A stretch of 64,000 nucleotides of DNA, from the NCBI GenBank assembly GCA_023512015.1, contig JAIMAI010000011.1, forward strand, positions 420 through 64,419, in the 5' to 3' direction. Made by a program: the position numbers and the translations under genes. The DNA is from Acidothermus sp. GTDB taxonomy: Bacteria; Actinomycetota; Actinomycetes; Acidothermales; Acidothermaceae. This document shows positions 1 to 10,494 of the stretch, piece by piece; positions within the stretch are counted from its first letter, which is position 1, and the number at the start of each line of letters is the position of its first letter. The notes beneath the pieces were generated by a model. The model had not been told where the DNA came from. It did not search any database and worked only from the letters and a program-made list of their open reading frames with translations.

Positions 1-713
<713 letters not shown>

Positions 714-965
714 TCAGCCGAAGATCTTCAGGACGGCCCAGTTGGCTCCATAATCGAGTCCGGCTACGATCGCGATCATCACCAGAGCGAAGACCAACGT
801 GACGATCGTATAGGTGACCAGTTCTCTGCGGGTGGGCCAGATCACCTTGCGCATCTCCGCAACGATCTGGCGGTACCACACCCCGATGCGTTCGATCACA
901 TTGCGCCGCTCGGCGCGGCGGTCGCCCGGACGGCGGGCAGCCGCCGACGATGTCGTCTCCGCCAC
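714..965 (-). CDS. secE: Preprotein translocase subunit SecE
   Basis: EMRKVIWPTRRELVTYT motif plus TM helix; GTG start at 965 with GGAGG RBS; tRNA-Trp-secE-nusG order. Confidence 0.95.
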   Translation of the reverse strand: MAETTSSAAARRPGDRRAERRNVIERIGVWYRQIVAEMRKVIWPTRRELVTYTIVTLVFALVMIAIVAGLDYGANWAVLKIFG

Positions 966-1063
966 GATCTGGCCTCCGTCCGAAGGGAGCTCTCCGCTAC
1001 GCGACGCGGCGCCACGGGCCGCCGCAGCCCATTGGTCGCCGACACGTCGTGCCGTCGCGTCCG

Positions 1064-1136
1064 CAGGGCAGGAGGGACTCGAACCCCCAACCACCGGTTT
1101 TGGAGACCGGGACTCTGCCAATTGAGCTACTGCCCT
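1064..1136 (-). tRNA. tRNA-Trp(CCA)
   Basis: Reverse complement AGGGCAGTAGCTCAATTGGCAGAG...CCGGT CT CCA AA ACCGG...GGTTCGAGTCC...CTGCCCTG; cloverleaf. Confidence 0.97.
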
Positions 1137-1398
1137 ACCGCCGACAGCGCCCGAGGGAAACGGTCGGCGTGGACAGTGTACGTGGGAGCAGCGCGAAGAG
1201 CGAGTCCGCATCCGGGCGCCGGGGGATGGCGCAGCCCGGCGACTGCTCGGGGCGTCGCTGGTCCGCAGAGCCCGGCCTCGCGGACGGCGGGGTTATGCAG
1301 AGAGCGGGGCTGTACGGACGGGCGCGGTCTGGCATCAAGGTGACTTTCGCGTCAAGGCCCCGCCCTTCGCGTCTCCAGCATCGTGCGACGATGAGCCC

Positions 1399-2601
1399 AT
1401 GCCCAGCCGAATTTCCCGACGGATCGACGCCATCACCGAATCGGCCACCCTCGCGGTCGACGCCAAGGCCAAAGCGCTCCGCGCCGCCGGACGGCCTGTG
1501 ATCGGGTTCGGCGCGGGTGAGCCGGACTTCCCCACCCCCGAACACATCGTCGAGGCCGCGATCGCCGCCGCCCGCGATCCGCGTAACCACAAGTACAGCC
1601 CGACGGCGGGGCTCCCCGAGCTTCGAGAAGCAATCGCCGCAAAGACCCGTCGCGACAGCGGCTTCGAAGTGCGGCCCACGCAGGTCCTCGTCACGAACGG
1701 CGGCAAGCAGGCGGTGTACGAAGCATTTGCCACGATCGTGGACGTCGGCGACGAGGTGCTGCTCCCGACCCCTTACTGGACGACCTATCCCGAAGCGATC
1801 AAGTTGGCGGGAGGCGTCGTCGTCGAAGTCCCGACCGACGAGAACGGCGGATATCGCGCCACGGTCGAGGATCTCGAAGCGCGACGGACGGCGCGCACCA
1901 AGGCCCTGCTGTTTTGTTCGCCGTCCAACCCCACCGGCGCGGTGTACCCACCGGAGCAGGTCGAGGCGATCGGCCGCTGGGCCGCCGAACACGGAATCTG
2001 GGTCGTCACCGACGAGATCTACGAACATCTCGTCTACGCCGACGCGGTGTTCACCTCGATGCCGGTCGTCGTCCCCGAACTCGCCGAGACGTGCATCGTG
2101 CTCAACGGAGTCGCCAAGACGTATGCCATGACCGGATGGCGGGTCGGCTGGCTCATCGGTCCGGACGACGTAGTGGCGGCGGCGACGAATCTCCAATCGC
2201 ACCTGACGTCGAACGTGGCCAACGTCGCCCAACGCGCCGCGCTCGCTGCGGTCAGCGGTGACCTCGATGCGGTCGCGCGCATGCGGGCCGCGTTCGACCG
2301 GCGACGCCAGACCATGGTCCGGATGCTGCGGGAGATCCCGGGCGTCGTCTGCCCCGAACCGACCGGCGCGTTCTACGCCTATCCGTCGGTCAAAGCGCTG
2401 CTGGGCCGCACGATCCGGGGACGCCGTCCCACCAGCTCCGCCGAACTCGCCGAGCTGCTGCTGGAGGAAGCGGAAGTGGCCGTCGTCCCGGGGGAGGCGT
2501 TCGGGACGCCGGGATACCTGCGGTTGTCGTATGCACTCGGCGACGACGACTTGGTGGAGGGCATCACGCGGATAAGCAAGGTGCTCGCCGAGGCGGAGTG
2601 A
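1399..2601 (+). CDS. aspC: PLP-dependent class I aminotransferase (aspartate aminotransferase-like)
   Basis: [30 protein letters not shown] motifs. Confidence 0.92.
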   Translation: MPSRISRRIDAITESATLAVDAKAKALRAAGRPVIGFGAGEPDFPTPEHIVEAAIAAARDPRNHKYSPTAGLPELREAIAAKTRRDSGFEVRPTQVLVTNGGKQAVYEAFATIVDVGDEVLLPTPYWTTYPEAIKLAGGVVVEVPTDENGGYRATVEDLEARRTARTKALLFCSPSNPTGAVYPPEQVEAIGRWAAEHGIWVVTDEIYEHLVYADAVFTSMPVVVPELAETCIVLNGVAKTYAMTGWRVGWLIGPDDVVAAATNLQSHLTSNVANVAQRAALAAVSGDLDAVARMRAAFDRRRQTMVRMLREIPGVVCPEPTGAFYAYPSVKALLGRTIRGRRPTSSAELAELLLEEAEVAVVPGEAFGTPGYLRLSYALGDDDLVEGITRISKVLAEAE

Positions 2602-2607
2602 GCGGCG

Positions 2608-3633
2608 TCAATCCAGGCTCGCCCCGACGAGGACCGGTTCCACTTCCAAGGTGATGCCGAAGGTGGCGCGGACGGCGTCTCGGATGTCCCGCGCGAGGGA
2701 AAGCAGTTCCTTCGTGGTGCCGCCGTAATTGACCAGGGCCAACGCGTGTTTGCCGGAAATTCCGACGCCGCCGTAGCGGTGTCCCTTGGAAAAACCGGCG
2801 TGCTCGATGAGCCATGCCGCCGACAGTTTCGCCGAATCCTCTCCGACCGGCCAAGCCGGCGCGCCGACCGGCACCCGTTCGAGGGGCACGATCGGATTGG
2901 TGAAGAACGAGCCAGCGCTCACGGTATCGGGATCGGAGGCGTCGAGCAGCATTCCTTTCGCCGCACGAAGTTCGAGCACGGTTTGCCGCACGGCGTCGAG
3001 AGGTGCACCCTCACCCACCGAAATTCCGAGCGCATCGGCCAATTGTCGGTAACGAATGGGAGCGGAAAAGCGACTGCGGCGCAGACGCAGTCTGACCCCG
3101 AGCACGACCAGACGGTCCCGACGACGCAGCACACTGGTGCGATATCCGAAACCGCATTCCGCAGCCGACAACCACCGCACCCGCTGCCGGTCGCGATCGA
3201 AGACCCGGACCGCCACCAGCGTGTCGGAAATTTCCGCGCCGTACGCCCCCACGTTTTGGATCGGCGTTGCGCCGATTCGCCCGGGTATCCCGGAAAGGCA
3301 TTCCAAGCCGGCCAGCCCTTCTGCCACGCAGCCGGCGACGATCTCATCGAAGATCTCGCCGGCCGCGACGTCGAGTAGGACGTGGTCGCCGTCCTGCTGT
3401 CGGCGCAAACCGCGGTGCGACACCCGCAGCACCGTTCCCGGGAACCCGTCGTCCCCCACCACGAGATTGCTACCGGAGCCGATCACGAGAACCCTTTCCT
3501 GGGCGTCGTCCGCGCGACGGAGTTCGTCGAGCAACTCCCCTTCGTCGCAGGCCTCGACGAATCGGTCGGCCCATCCTCCGAGGCGCAGCGTGGTGTGGTC
3601 GGCAAGGCGGACACGACCGGGAATCGCGGGCAC
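2608..3633 (-). CDS. murB: UDP-N-acetylenolpyruvoylglucosamine reductase
   Basis: HTTLRLGG, GSGSNL, GIPG, QNVGAYG, SAGSFFTNP, KHALALVN; start set at GTG 3633, 6 nt after a TACTCT -10. Confidence 0.93.
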   Translation of the reverse strand: MPAIPGRVRLADHTTLRLGGWADRFVEACDEGELLDELRRADDAQERVLVIGSGSNLVVGDDGFPGTVLRVSHRGLRRQQDGDHVLLDVAAGEIFDEIVAGCVAEGLAGLECLSGIPGRIGATPIQNVGAYGAEISDTLVAVRVFDRDRQRVRWLSAAECGFGYRTSVLRRRDRLVVLGVRLRLRRSRFSAPIRYRQLADALGISVGEGAPLDAVRQTVLELRAAKGMLLDASDPDTVSAGSFFTNPIVPLERVPVGAPAWPVGEDSAKLSAAWLIEHAGFSKGHRYGGVGISGKHALALVNYGGTTKELLSLARDIRDAVRATFGITLEVEPVLVGASLD

Positions 3634-3677
3634 GCGCGCAGAGTATCCGGTTCGCGACCCGACACCCGCGAAGCGGC

Positions 3678-4244
3678 CTAACCGAAGAGGGATCGGCGAT
3701 CGCGGAGCGCGTGCGCCCACGGCTCGTCGACCTCCTCGAGCTCCAGAGCGGCCGCGAGGTTGCAGAGCATGCCGGCAGCGAAGAACGCGGCGAGCCGGGA
3801 CGGCGGCACTCCGCTGATCTCCTCGACCTGTCGGTACAAGCGGCGGAATCCCTCCCGGACGCAGTCGCGAACCACCGGATCGTCGCACGCCGCATACATG
3901 TGGAGCTGGACGAGCAGGTTCTCCCGATCGGCGATCAGCTTCTCGTAGCTCGCACCGATGGCCGCCAACGCATCGTCACCGGTGCGACCCTCGGCTGCCG
4001 CGGCGAAGGCCGCCGCGACGTTCTCGAAACAGCGGCGGACCGTCGCGAGGAAAAGCTCCCGTTTGCTGCCGAAGAGCCGGAACAGGTACGGCTGAGAGAT
4101 ACCGGCCCGAGCGGCGATCGCCTCGGTGGAGGTGCCGGCCAATCCGCGCTTGGCGAATTCCGCCACCGCGGCGACCAGCACCTGCTCGCGCCGCTCCTCG
4201 GCGCTCATGCGGGTGGCACGAAGTTTGCGGGCCGCCGGCGTCAT
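3678..4244 (-). CDS. TetR-family transcriptional regulator
   Basis: N-terminal HTH: AVAEFAKRGLAGTSTEAIAARAGISQPYLFRLFGSK. Confidence 0.92.
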   Translation of the reverse strand: MTPAARKLRATRMSAEERREQVLVAAVAEFAKRGLAGTSTEAIAARAGISQPYLFRLFGSKRELFLATVRRCFENVAAAFAAAAEGRTGDDALAAIGASYEKLIADRENLLVQLHMYAACDDPVVRDCVREGFRRLYRQVEEISGVPPSRLAAFFAAGMLCNLAAALELEEVDEPWAHALRDRRSLFG

Positions 4245-4252
4245 GCCAGCAA

Positions 4253-4268
4253 GTTAGTGGTCACTCAC
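4253..4268. promoter_or_regulatory. Putative TetR operator (imperfect palindrome GTTAGTG-GT-CACTCAC)
   Basis: Inverted repeat immediately upstream of the tetR ATG; function inferred. Confidence 0.5.
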
Positions 4269-4727
4269 AACCGCGTCAAACGTCGTGGGAGGGCCCAGCC
4301 GGACGACGGCACGCGCCGCTCCCAACACCTTCTCCCCTTCGCAGCGCACCGTGAGATCGAGTCTGACCCGCGGTGCGGGTAACTTCTCGGCCACCGTCGC
4401 TTCGACGTCCAATGTCACGCCGCCGTCGTCGTCGGGCACCACGACGGGTTGGGTGAAACGGACGGCGAACTCCTCCACCGCTCCCGGATCATCGGCCCAC
4501 TCGGTCACGGCCCGGCCGGCGAGCGCCATGGTGAGCATGCCGTGGGCGATGACCCCGGGAAGCCCGACGGCACGGGCGATGCGATCGCTCCAGTGAATGG
4601 GGTTCTCGTCGCCGGAGACCCCCGCATACCGGATGAGATCGGCGCGCCGGATCGTGAACTGTCGTGCCACGACACGATCGCCGACGGTGAGGGCGTCGTA
4701 GCGAGGTCGGTGGGCCTGGTCGGTCAC
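4254..4727 (-). CDS. MaoC-family (HadB-like) hotdog dehydratase
   Basis: YAGVSGDENPIHW...VIAHGMLTM hydratase motif; rpmG-linked. Confidence 0.9.
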   Translation of the reverse strand: MTDQAHRPRYDALTVGDRVVARQFTIRRADLIRYAGVSGDENPIHWSDRIARAVGLPGVIAHGMLTMALAGRAVTEWADDPGAVEEFAVRFTQPVVVPDDDGGVTLDVEATVAEKLPAPRVRLDLTVRCEGEKVLGAARAVVRLGPPTTFDAVVSDH

Positions 4728-5170
4728 GCCTCACCCCGCACGATCAGGGTCGTGGTCGCCGTCCCGATCGGCGCACCGTCGGCGTCCGCGATATCGGCGC
4801 GGGTGGTGAGGATCTGGCTCCCCGCCACGGCCCGCACGCGTTCCACCGTCACCACGACGTCCAGCGAGTCGCCGGCGATGATCGGTCGGCGTAGGACGAA
4901 ACGCTGTTCACCGTGGACCACCCGCGAGAAGTCGAGCCCGAGTTCTCGCACCAGAGCCTCGGCGGCGGGAAGCGTCGCGACGATGCCGAACGTGGGGGGT
5001 GCGACCAGATCGGGATAACCGAGAGCGCGGGCAGCGTCGACGTCGTGACAAGCGGGATGATGTTCCCCGATCCCCGAGGCGAAATGCCGAATGATCGTGC
5101 GGTTGACGTCGAAGGGAACCGCCGGGCGATAGCTCCGGCCCACGAAATCGCTGACGGTACCGGTGGTCAT
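4724..5170 (-). CDS. MaoC N-terminal-type (HadA-like) dehydratase subunit
   Basis: IRHFASGIG, LVAPPTF, VVHGEQRF motifs; start ATG 5170. Confidence 0.88.
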   Translation of the reverse strand: MTTGTVSDFVGRSYRPAVPFDVNRTIIRHFASGIGEHHPACHDVDAARALGYPDLVAPPTFGIVATLPAAEALVRELGLDFSRVVHGEQRFVLRRPIIAGDSLDVVVTVERVRAVAGSQILTTRADIADADGAPIGTATTTLIVRGEA

Positions 5171-5201
5171 CGCGGAGTCGGGCCCAGCCTGCGTGGATCG
5201 A

Positions 5202-5369
5202 TCAGCGGGTCTCGCGATGCACTTGGTGCTTGTTGCAGTGGGGGCAGTACTTCTTGAGCTCCAGGCGGTCCGGATCGTTGCGCCGGTTCTTCCGCGTGAT
5301 GTAGTTGCGGTGCTTGCACTCCTGACAGGCCAAAGTGATCTTTGGTCGGATATCGGTCTTGGCAGCCAC
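5202..5369 (-). CDS. rpmG: 50S ribosomal protein L33 (zinc-ribbon C+ form)
   Basis: Manual translation [55 protein letters not shown] (55 aa); below ORF-track cutoff. Confidence 0.97.
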   Translation of the reverse strand: MAAKTDIRPKITLACQECKHRNYITRKNRRNDPDRLELKKYCPHCNKHQVHRETR

Positions 5370-5530
5370 CTGCGCGCCCTTCTCCTGATCGATCCACTTT
5401 CAGCCGAGCCGTCGCTCTCACGGCACGCGCCGCCCGCATCGGAATCGTCGCCATCGAGCCGCTCCAGGATAGCGGACGACGATGACGCGCTCTGCGGCGT
5501 AACCGTGCGGGGGATCGTCGCCCCCGAGCG

Positions 5531-5604
5531 TAGCGGAGACGGGATTTGAACCCGTGACACAGCGATTATGAGCCGCTTGCTCTACCAGGCTGAGCTACTC
5601 CGCC
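5531..5604 (-). tRNA. tRNA-Met(CAT)
   Basis: GGCGGAGTAGCTCAG...AGCGG CT CAT AA TCGCT...GGTTCAAATCC...CTCCGCTA. Confidence 0.95.
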
Positions 5605-5612
5605 GCGATCCG

Positions 5613-5688
5613 TGGAGCCCCCTTACGGAATCGAACCGTAGACCTTCTCCTTACCATGGAGACGCTCTGCCGACTGAGCTAAGGGGGC
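5613..5688 (-). tRNA. tRNA-Thr(GGT)
   Basis: GCCCCCTTAGCTCAG...TCTCC AT GGT AA GGAGA...GGTTCGATTCC...GGGGGCTCCA (CCA encoded). Confidence 0.97.
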
Positions 5689-5764
5689 GCTGGCAAGCTC
5701 TTTACCCTACCTGATCGCCAAGACCCGAAGACGGCCGCGGGTTGCACACAACCCACGTTCGCAG

Positions 5765-5846
5765 TGGCGGGTCCAGGATTCGAACCTGGGTAGGCTGAGC
5801 CGACGGTTTTACAGACCGCTCCCTTTGGCCACTCGGGCAACCCGCC
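5765..5846 (-). tRNA. tRNA-Tyr(GTA)
   Basis: GGCGGGTTGCCCGAGTGG...GCGGT CT GTA AA ACCGT, long variable arm, GGTTCGAATCC. Confidence 0.97.
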
Positions 5847-5940
5847 AGATCCTCCGACGACGGACGCTGCGCGCCGTCCTCGGAGTGCGAGAATAGCGCA
5901 GCCTCACAACGGACGCGAAACCGATGGAGGACGGCAGACT

Positions 5941-6432
5941 GTGGCGGATTTCTCGTTCGACGTCGTCAGCAAGGTGGACCGCCAGGAGGTCGACAACGCC
6001 CTCAACCAGGCCGCCAAGGAGATCGCACAGCGGTTCGATTTCAAAGGGGTCGGAGCGTCGATCCGCTGGTCCGGGGAGTTGGGGGTGGAGATCCGGGCGA
6101 ACAGCGCCGAACGCGCCCTCGCCGTCCTCGACGTCTTCAAGGAGAAATTGATCAAACGTGGGGTCTCGCTGAAAGCGGTGGACGCCGCGGAGCCCAAGGC
6201 CTCGGGCAAGGAATTCCGCGTGGACGTCACGATCAAGCAAGGGATCGGCCCCGAGGTCGCCAAGAAGCTCGTGAAGATCATAAAGGATGAGGGCCCCAAG
6301 GGGGTTCAAGCCCAGATCCAAGGCGATCAGCTTCGCGTCTCCGGAAAGAAGAAGGATGACTTGCAGGCGGTCATAGCCCTGCTCAAAACCAAGGACCTCG
6401 ACGTCGCCTTGCAGTTCACCAACTACCGCTAG
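5941..6432 (+). CDS. yajQ: YajQ-family nucleotide (c-di-GMP)-binding protein
   Basis: SFDVVSKVD...RFDFKG...[18 protein letters not shown]...LQFTNYR. Confidence 0.96.
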   Translation: MADFSFDVVSKVDRQEVDNALNQAAKEIAQRFDFKGVGASIRWSGELGVEIRANSAERALAVLDVFKEKLIKRGVSLKAVDAAEPKASGKEFRVDVTIKQGIGPEVAKKLVKIIKDEGPKGVQAQIQGDQLRVSGKKKDDLQAVIALLKTKDLDVALQFTNYR

Positions 6433-6553
6433 GCGGTTTGGTGGGTAACCGACCGTCGGGGGAAATCGGCGCTCAGGGGCGAAACCGCGCACGGCGGGCG
6501 CTTCGTTCGATCGACGTGCCGCGATCGGCGCGGCTCCATCGAGGTAGGCCAGT

Positions 6554-7417
6554 GTGATCCAACAAGTCGTCGGGCTCGTGCTGGCATTCGCCACGGCGGG
6601 AGCGACCGGGGTGGCGTCGGTTCTCCAGGCGGTCGCCGTCCGCCACCAGATGTCCCAGGGCGACCGGCGTACGGCACGCAGCGCTTCGCGGGCCGTCGTC
6701 CAGCCGCTGTACCTCGCCGGCACCGGACTCGACGTGGTCGGTTTCGCCTGCATGGTCGGCGCGCTGCGCTGGCTGCCGCTGTTCCTCGTGCAGTGCGCGG
6801 CGACCGCCAGCGTCGCGGTCACCGCCGCGATCGGACGGCGAGTGCTCGGCACCTCCTTGCACCGCAGCAGCCGGTGGGCGCTGGTCAGCATGCTCGCCGG
6901 ACTCGTGCTCCTCGCCTCAGGTGCCCGACCGGGTTCGGCGCCGCAGACGCCGGGTGTCGTTCAGGGGGCTTTGCTGGCCGGAGCCGGGATCCTCGCAATC
7001 CTCGGCGTGATCAGCCTGAGGGCGCGCCGTCTCGGGAGCGTGCAGGCGGTCCTCGCAGGCTTGGCCTTCGCGGGGACCGGCGTCGGGGCCCGCATCTTGT
7101 CCGCCGTGCACTCGCTGGAAGATGCCCTTCGCTCTCCCGCGACGTACGCACTGGCACTCTGCGGCGTCACCGGCATGCTGCTTTTCGCCGCATCCCTCGA
7201 ACGCACCAGCGTGACGTTGGCGAACGCGATCGTCTTCGCCGTCGAGACCTCGACGGCTTCGGCCGTCGGCCTGGCCCTCCTGGGAGACCAGACCCGCGCC
7301 GGTTTCCTGGTCCCAACGGCGCTCGGGTTCGTGGTGACCGTCGGCAGCGCCGTCGCCTTGGCGCTGGACAGGACGGCGATGCCCGCGCCCGAGACAGCCG
7401 ATCAACCCGCACGGTGA
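6554..7417 (+). CDS. Integral membrane protein, DMT-like
   Basis: About 9 hydrophobic segments; ASVLQA...LPLFLVQ pattern of actinobacterial DMT-like proteins. Confidence 0.7.
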   Translation: MIQQVVGLVLAFATAGATGVASVLQAVAVRHQMSQGDRRTARSASRAVVQPLYLAGTGLDVVGFACMVGALRWLPLFLVQCAATASVAVTAAIGRRVLGTSLHRSSRWALVSMLAGLVLLASGARPGSAPQTPGVVQGALLAGAGILAILGVISLRARRLGSVQAVLAGLAFAGTGVGARILSAVHSLEDALRSPATYALALCGVTGMLLFAASLERTSVTLANAIVFAVETSTASAVGLALLGDQTRAGFLVPTALGFVVTVGSAVALALDRTAMPAPETADQPAR

Positions 7418-7484
7418 GCGCGCCGTACGATGGACGGCGGACGACGCCGTCGGGGGTGACGGCGACGAGGAGGTCAGGAACCGG

Positions 7485-9356
7485 GTGCCCACCAAAGAAG
7501 TTCGTCAACTCGATCGCGTGATCATCCGCTTGGCCGGGGACTCCGGCGACGGGATGCAGCTCACCGGTGACCGCTTCACCTCGGAGACCGCAGAATTCGG
7601 CAATGACCTGTCGACCCTGCCGAATTTCCCCGCCGAGATTCGCGCGCCCGCGGGCACCCTTCCGGGGGTGTCGTCGTTCCAACTCCATTTCGCCGACCAC
7701 GACATCATGACGCCCGGCGACGCGCCGAACGTGCTCGTCGCGATGAATCCCGCTGCCCTCAAAGCGAACCTTGCCGATCTGCCCCGCGGAGCGGAAATCA
7801 TCGTCAACTCCGACGAATTCACTCCCCGCGCCTGGCAACGGGTCGGCTACTCCTCCAATCCGCTGGAAGACGGCTCGCTCGCGGATTACCGGGTGACGGC
7901 CGTGCCGCTGACCTCGATGACAGTCGAAGCCCTCAAGGATTTCGACATATCCAAGAAGGACGCCGAACGAGCGAAGAACATGTTCGCCCTCGGTCTGCTC
8001 TCGTGGATGTACCACCGGCCGATCGAGTCGACCATCGCTTTTCTGGAGAAGAAATTCGCCAAGAACCCGGAAATCGCGAAGGCGAATATCGCCGCTTTCC
8101 GCGCCGGCTACCACTTCGGGGAGACCACCGAGGTGTTCGCGGTTTCCTACGAGGTGAAGCCGGCTGCACTACAACCCGGTACCTACCGGAACATCTCCGG
8201 TAATCTCGCGCTCGCTTACGGCCTCATCGCGGCGTCACAGGCCACCGGTCTGCCGCTCTTCCTCGGCTCCTACCCCATCACCCCGGCGTCGGATATCCTC
8301 CACGAGCTCGCCAAGCACAAGAATTTCGGGGTGCGCACGTTCCAGGCCGAAGACGAAATCGCCGGAGTGACCGCGGCGATCGGCGCGTCCTTCGGTGGTT
8401 CGCTCGGGGTGACGACGACGTCCGGCCCGGGGGTCGCCCTCAAGAGCGAGGCGATCGGGTTGGCCGTGATGCTCGAGCTCCCCCTCGTCATCTGCGACAT
8501 CCAACGCGGCGGCCCGTCCACCGGACTGCCGACCAAAACCGAGCAAGCCGACCTACTTCAAGCGATGTTCGGACGCAACGGCGAAGCGCCGGTCGCCATC
8601 GTTGCGCCGCGGTCGCCGTCCGACTGCTTCGCGATGGCCATCGAGGCGGCGCGGATCGCGACGAAATACCGGACGCCGGTCTTCTTGCTCTCCGACGGCT
8701 ATCTCGCGAACGGCTCGGAGCCGTGGCTGCTCCCCGACGTTTCCGCGTTGCCGGATCTGCGGGTGGATTTCGCCACCGAGCCCAACCACGTCGCAGACGA
8801 CGGCAGCCGCCAGTTCTGGCCGTACGTCCGCGATCCCGAGACCTTGGCGCGTGCCTGGGCCCTCCCCGGGACACCGGGACTCGAACACCGCATCGGCGGT
8901 CTGGAGAAATCCGACGGCTCGGGAGCCATCTCCTACGATCCGGAGAACCACGACCGAATGGTGCGGCTGCGGCAGGCGAAGATCGACGGAATCGCCCGCG
9001 ACATCCCGCCCCTCGAGGTCGAGGATCCGGACGGGAACGCGGAGCTGCTGGTCCTCGGATGGGGCTCGACGTACGGACCGATCGGAGCCGCTTGCCGACG
9101 GGTGCGGGCGCGCGGACTTCCGGTGGCACAAGCCCATCTGCGTTACCTCAACCCCTTCCCCGCCAACACTGGGGAAGTGGTGCGCCGGTACCGCAAGGTG
9201 CTCATCCCGGAGATGAACCTCGGCCAACTCGCCTTGCTGATCCGCGCGAAATACCTGGTCGACGCGATCTCCTACGACCGGGTGCGCGGCCTGCCGTTCA
9301 AAGCGGCCGAACTGGCCGACGTCATCACCGCGACCATCGAAAGCATCCAGGAATGA
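7485..9356 (+). CDS. korA: 2-oxoacid:ferredoxin oxidoreductase alpha subunit
   Basis: GDSGDGMQ, YPITPAS, QAEDEIA, QRGGPSTGLPT motifs. Confidence 0.95.
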   Translation: MPTKEVRQLDRVIIRLAGDSGDGMQLTGDRFTSETAEFGNDLSTLPNFPAEIRAPAGTLPGVSSFQLHFADHDIMTPGDAPNVLVAMNPAALKANLADLPRGAEIIVNSDEFTPRAWQRVGYSSNPLEDGSLADYRVTAVPLTSMTVEALKDFDISKKDAERAKNMFALGLLSWMYHRPIESTIAFLEKKFAKNPEIAKANIAAFRAGYHFGETTEVFAVSYEVKPAALQPGTYRNISGNLALAYGLIAASQATGLPLFLGSYPITPASDILHELAKHKNFGVRTFQAEDEIAGVTAAIGASFGGSLGVTTTSGPGVALKSEAIGLAVMLELPLVICDIQRGGPSTGLPTKTEQADLLQAMFGRNGEAPVAIVAPRSPSDCFAMAIEAARIATKYRTPVFLLSDGYLANGSEPWLLPDVSALPDLRVDFATEPNHVADDGSRQFWPYVRDPETLARAWALPGTPGLEHRIGGLEKSDGSGAISYDPENHDRMVRLRQAKIDGIARDIPPLEVEDPDGNAELLVLGWGSTYGPIGAACRRVRARGLPVAQAHLRYLNPFPANTGEVVRRYRKVLIPEMNLGQLALLIRAKYLVDAISYDRVRGLPFKAAELADVITATIESIQE

Positions 9357-9378
9357 CGACCCGAGCGAGACAGTCACG

Positions 9379-10494
9379 ATGACGAACGACGGTTCCTCCA
9401 ACGGACAACACCGGGCCGGCCTCGCCGCCTCGTTGGCCGGACGCGCTGCGTACGGCAACGGACGGCCCGCGGGCTTGATGTCCGTACCGCAGGGCTCGAC
9501 CGCTCTTGCCGCGAAGGATTTCAAGTCGGACCAAGAAGTCCGCTGGTGCCCCGGATGCGGGGATTACGCGATCCTGGCTGCGGTTCAAGGCTTCCTCCCC
9601 GAGCTCGGAGTACCCCGCGAGAACATCGTTTTCATCTCGGGGATCGGCTGCTCTTCGCGTTTCCCGTACTACGTGGAGACGTACGGGATGCATTCGATCC
9701 ACGGGCGCGCACCGGCGATCGCGACCGGCCTGGCGGTGACCCGCCCGGACCTCGCGGTCTTCGTCGTGACGGGGGACGGCGATGCCCTCTCGATCGGGGG
9801 CAACCACCTGATCCACGCCCTGCGCCGCAACATCAACCTGACGATCCTGCTGTTCAACAACCGCATCTACGGCTTGACGAAGGGTCAGTACTCACCGACG
9901 TCGGAACTCGGGAAGATAACGAAGTCCACCCCGATGGGCTCTCTCGACCAGCCGTTCAACCCGGTCTCCCTGGCCCTCGGTGCGGAAGCCACCTTCGTCG
10001 CACGCACGATCGACTCCGACCGCAAACATCTCACCGAGGTGCTCCGGGCTGCGGTCGCGCACCGCGGAGCGTCGTTCGTGGAGATTTACCAAAACTGCAA
10101 CATCTTCAACGACAACGCCTTCGAGGTCCTGAAATCGCCTACCACCCGCGACGATTACCTGATCCGTTTGGAACACGGCCAGCCGATCACTTTTGGGAAG
10201 AACCGGGAGAAGGGCGTGCGGTGGACGGCGTCCGGCACCTTGGAGGTCTGCTCTGGTGACGACCCGTCGGTGGTCGTCCACGACGCCCACCACCCCGACC
10301 CCACACTGGCCTTCGCCTTGTCCCGGCTAGCCCAACCGGACCTGGCGATGACACCGATCGGGATTTTCCGTGACGTCGACCGGCCGGTCTACGAGGACAT
10401 GCTCGCCGACCAGATCGAGCAGGCGGTCGCCCGCCAAGGACGCGGCGACTTGGCGGCCCTGCTGGCCAGCGGAGACACATGGACGATTCGCTGA
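9379..10494 (+). CDS. korB: 2-oxoacid:ferredoxin oxidoreductase beta subunit
   Basis: WCPGCGD, GIGCSSR, GDGD TPP motif, YGLTKGQ. Confidence 0.95.
   Translation: MTNDGSSNGQHRAGLAASLAGRAAYGNGRPAGLMSVPQGSTALAAKDFKSDQEVRWCPGCGDYAILAAVQGFLPELGVPRENIVFISGIGCSSRFPYYVETYGMHSIHGRAPAIATGLAVTRPDLAVFVVTGDGDALSIGGNHLIHALRRNINLTILLFNNRIYGLTKGQYSPTSELGKITKSTPMGSLDQPFNPVSLALGAEATFVARTIDSDRKHLTEVLRAAVAHRGASFVEIYQNCNIFNDNAFEVLKSPTTRDDYLIRLEHGQPITFGKNREKGVRWTASGTLEVCSGDDPSVVVHDAHHPDPTLAFALSRLAQPDLAMTPIGIFRDVDRPVYEDMLADQIEQAVARQGRGDLAALLASGDTWTIR

Noticed and set aside
5531-5846. tRNA cluster as a prophage/ICE integration site
   Set aside because: No integrase and no duplicated tRNA 3' end seen; the flanks are core genes.
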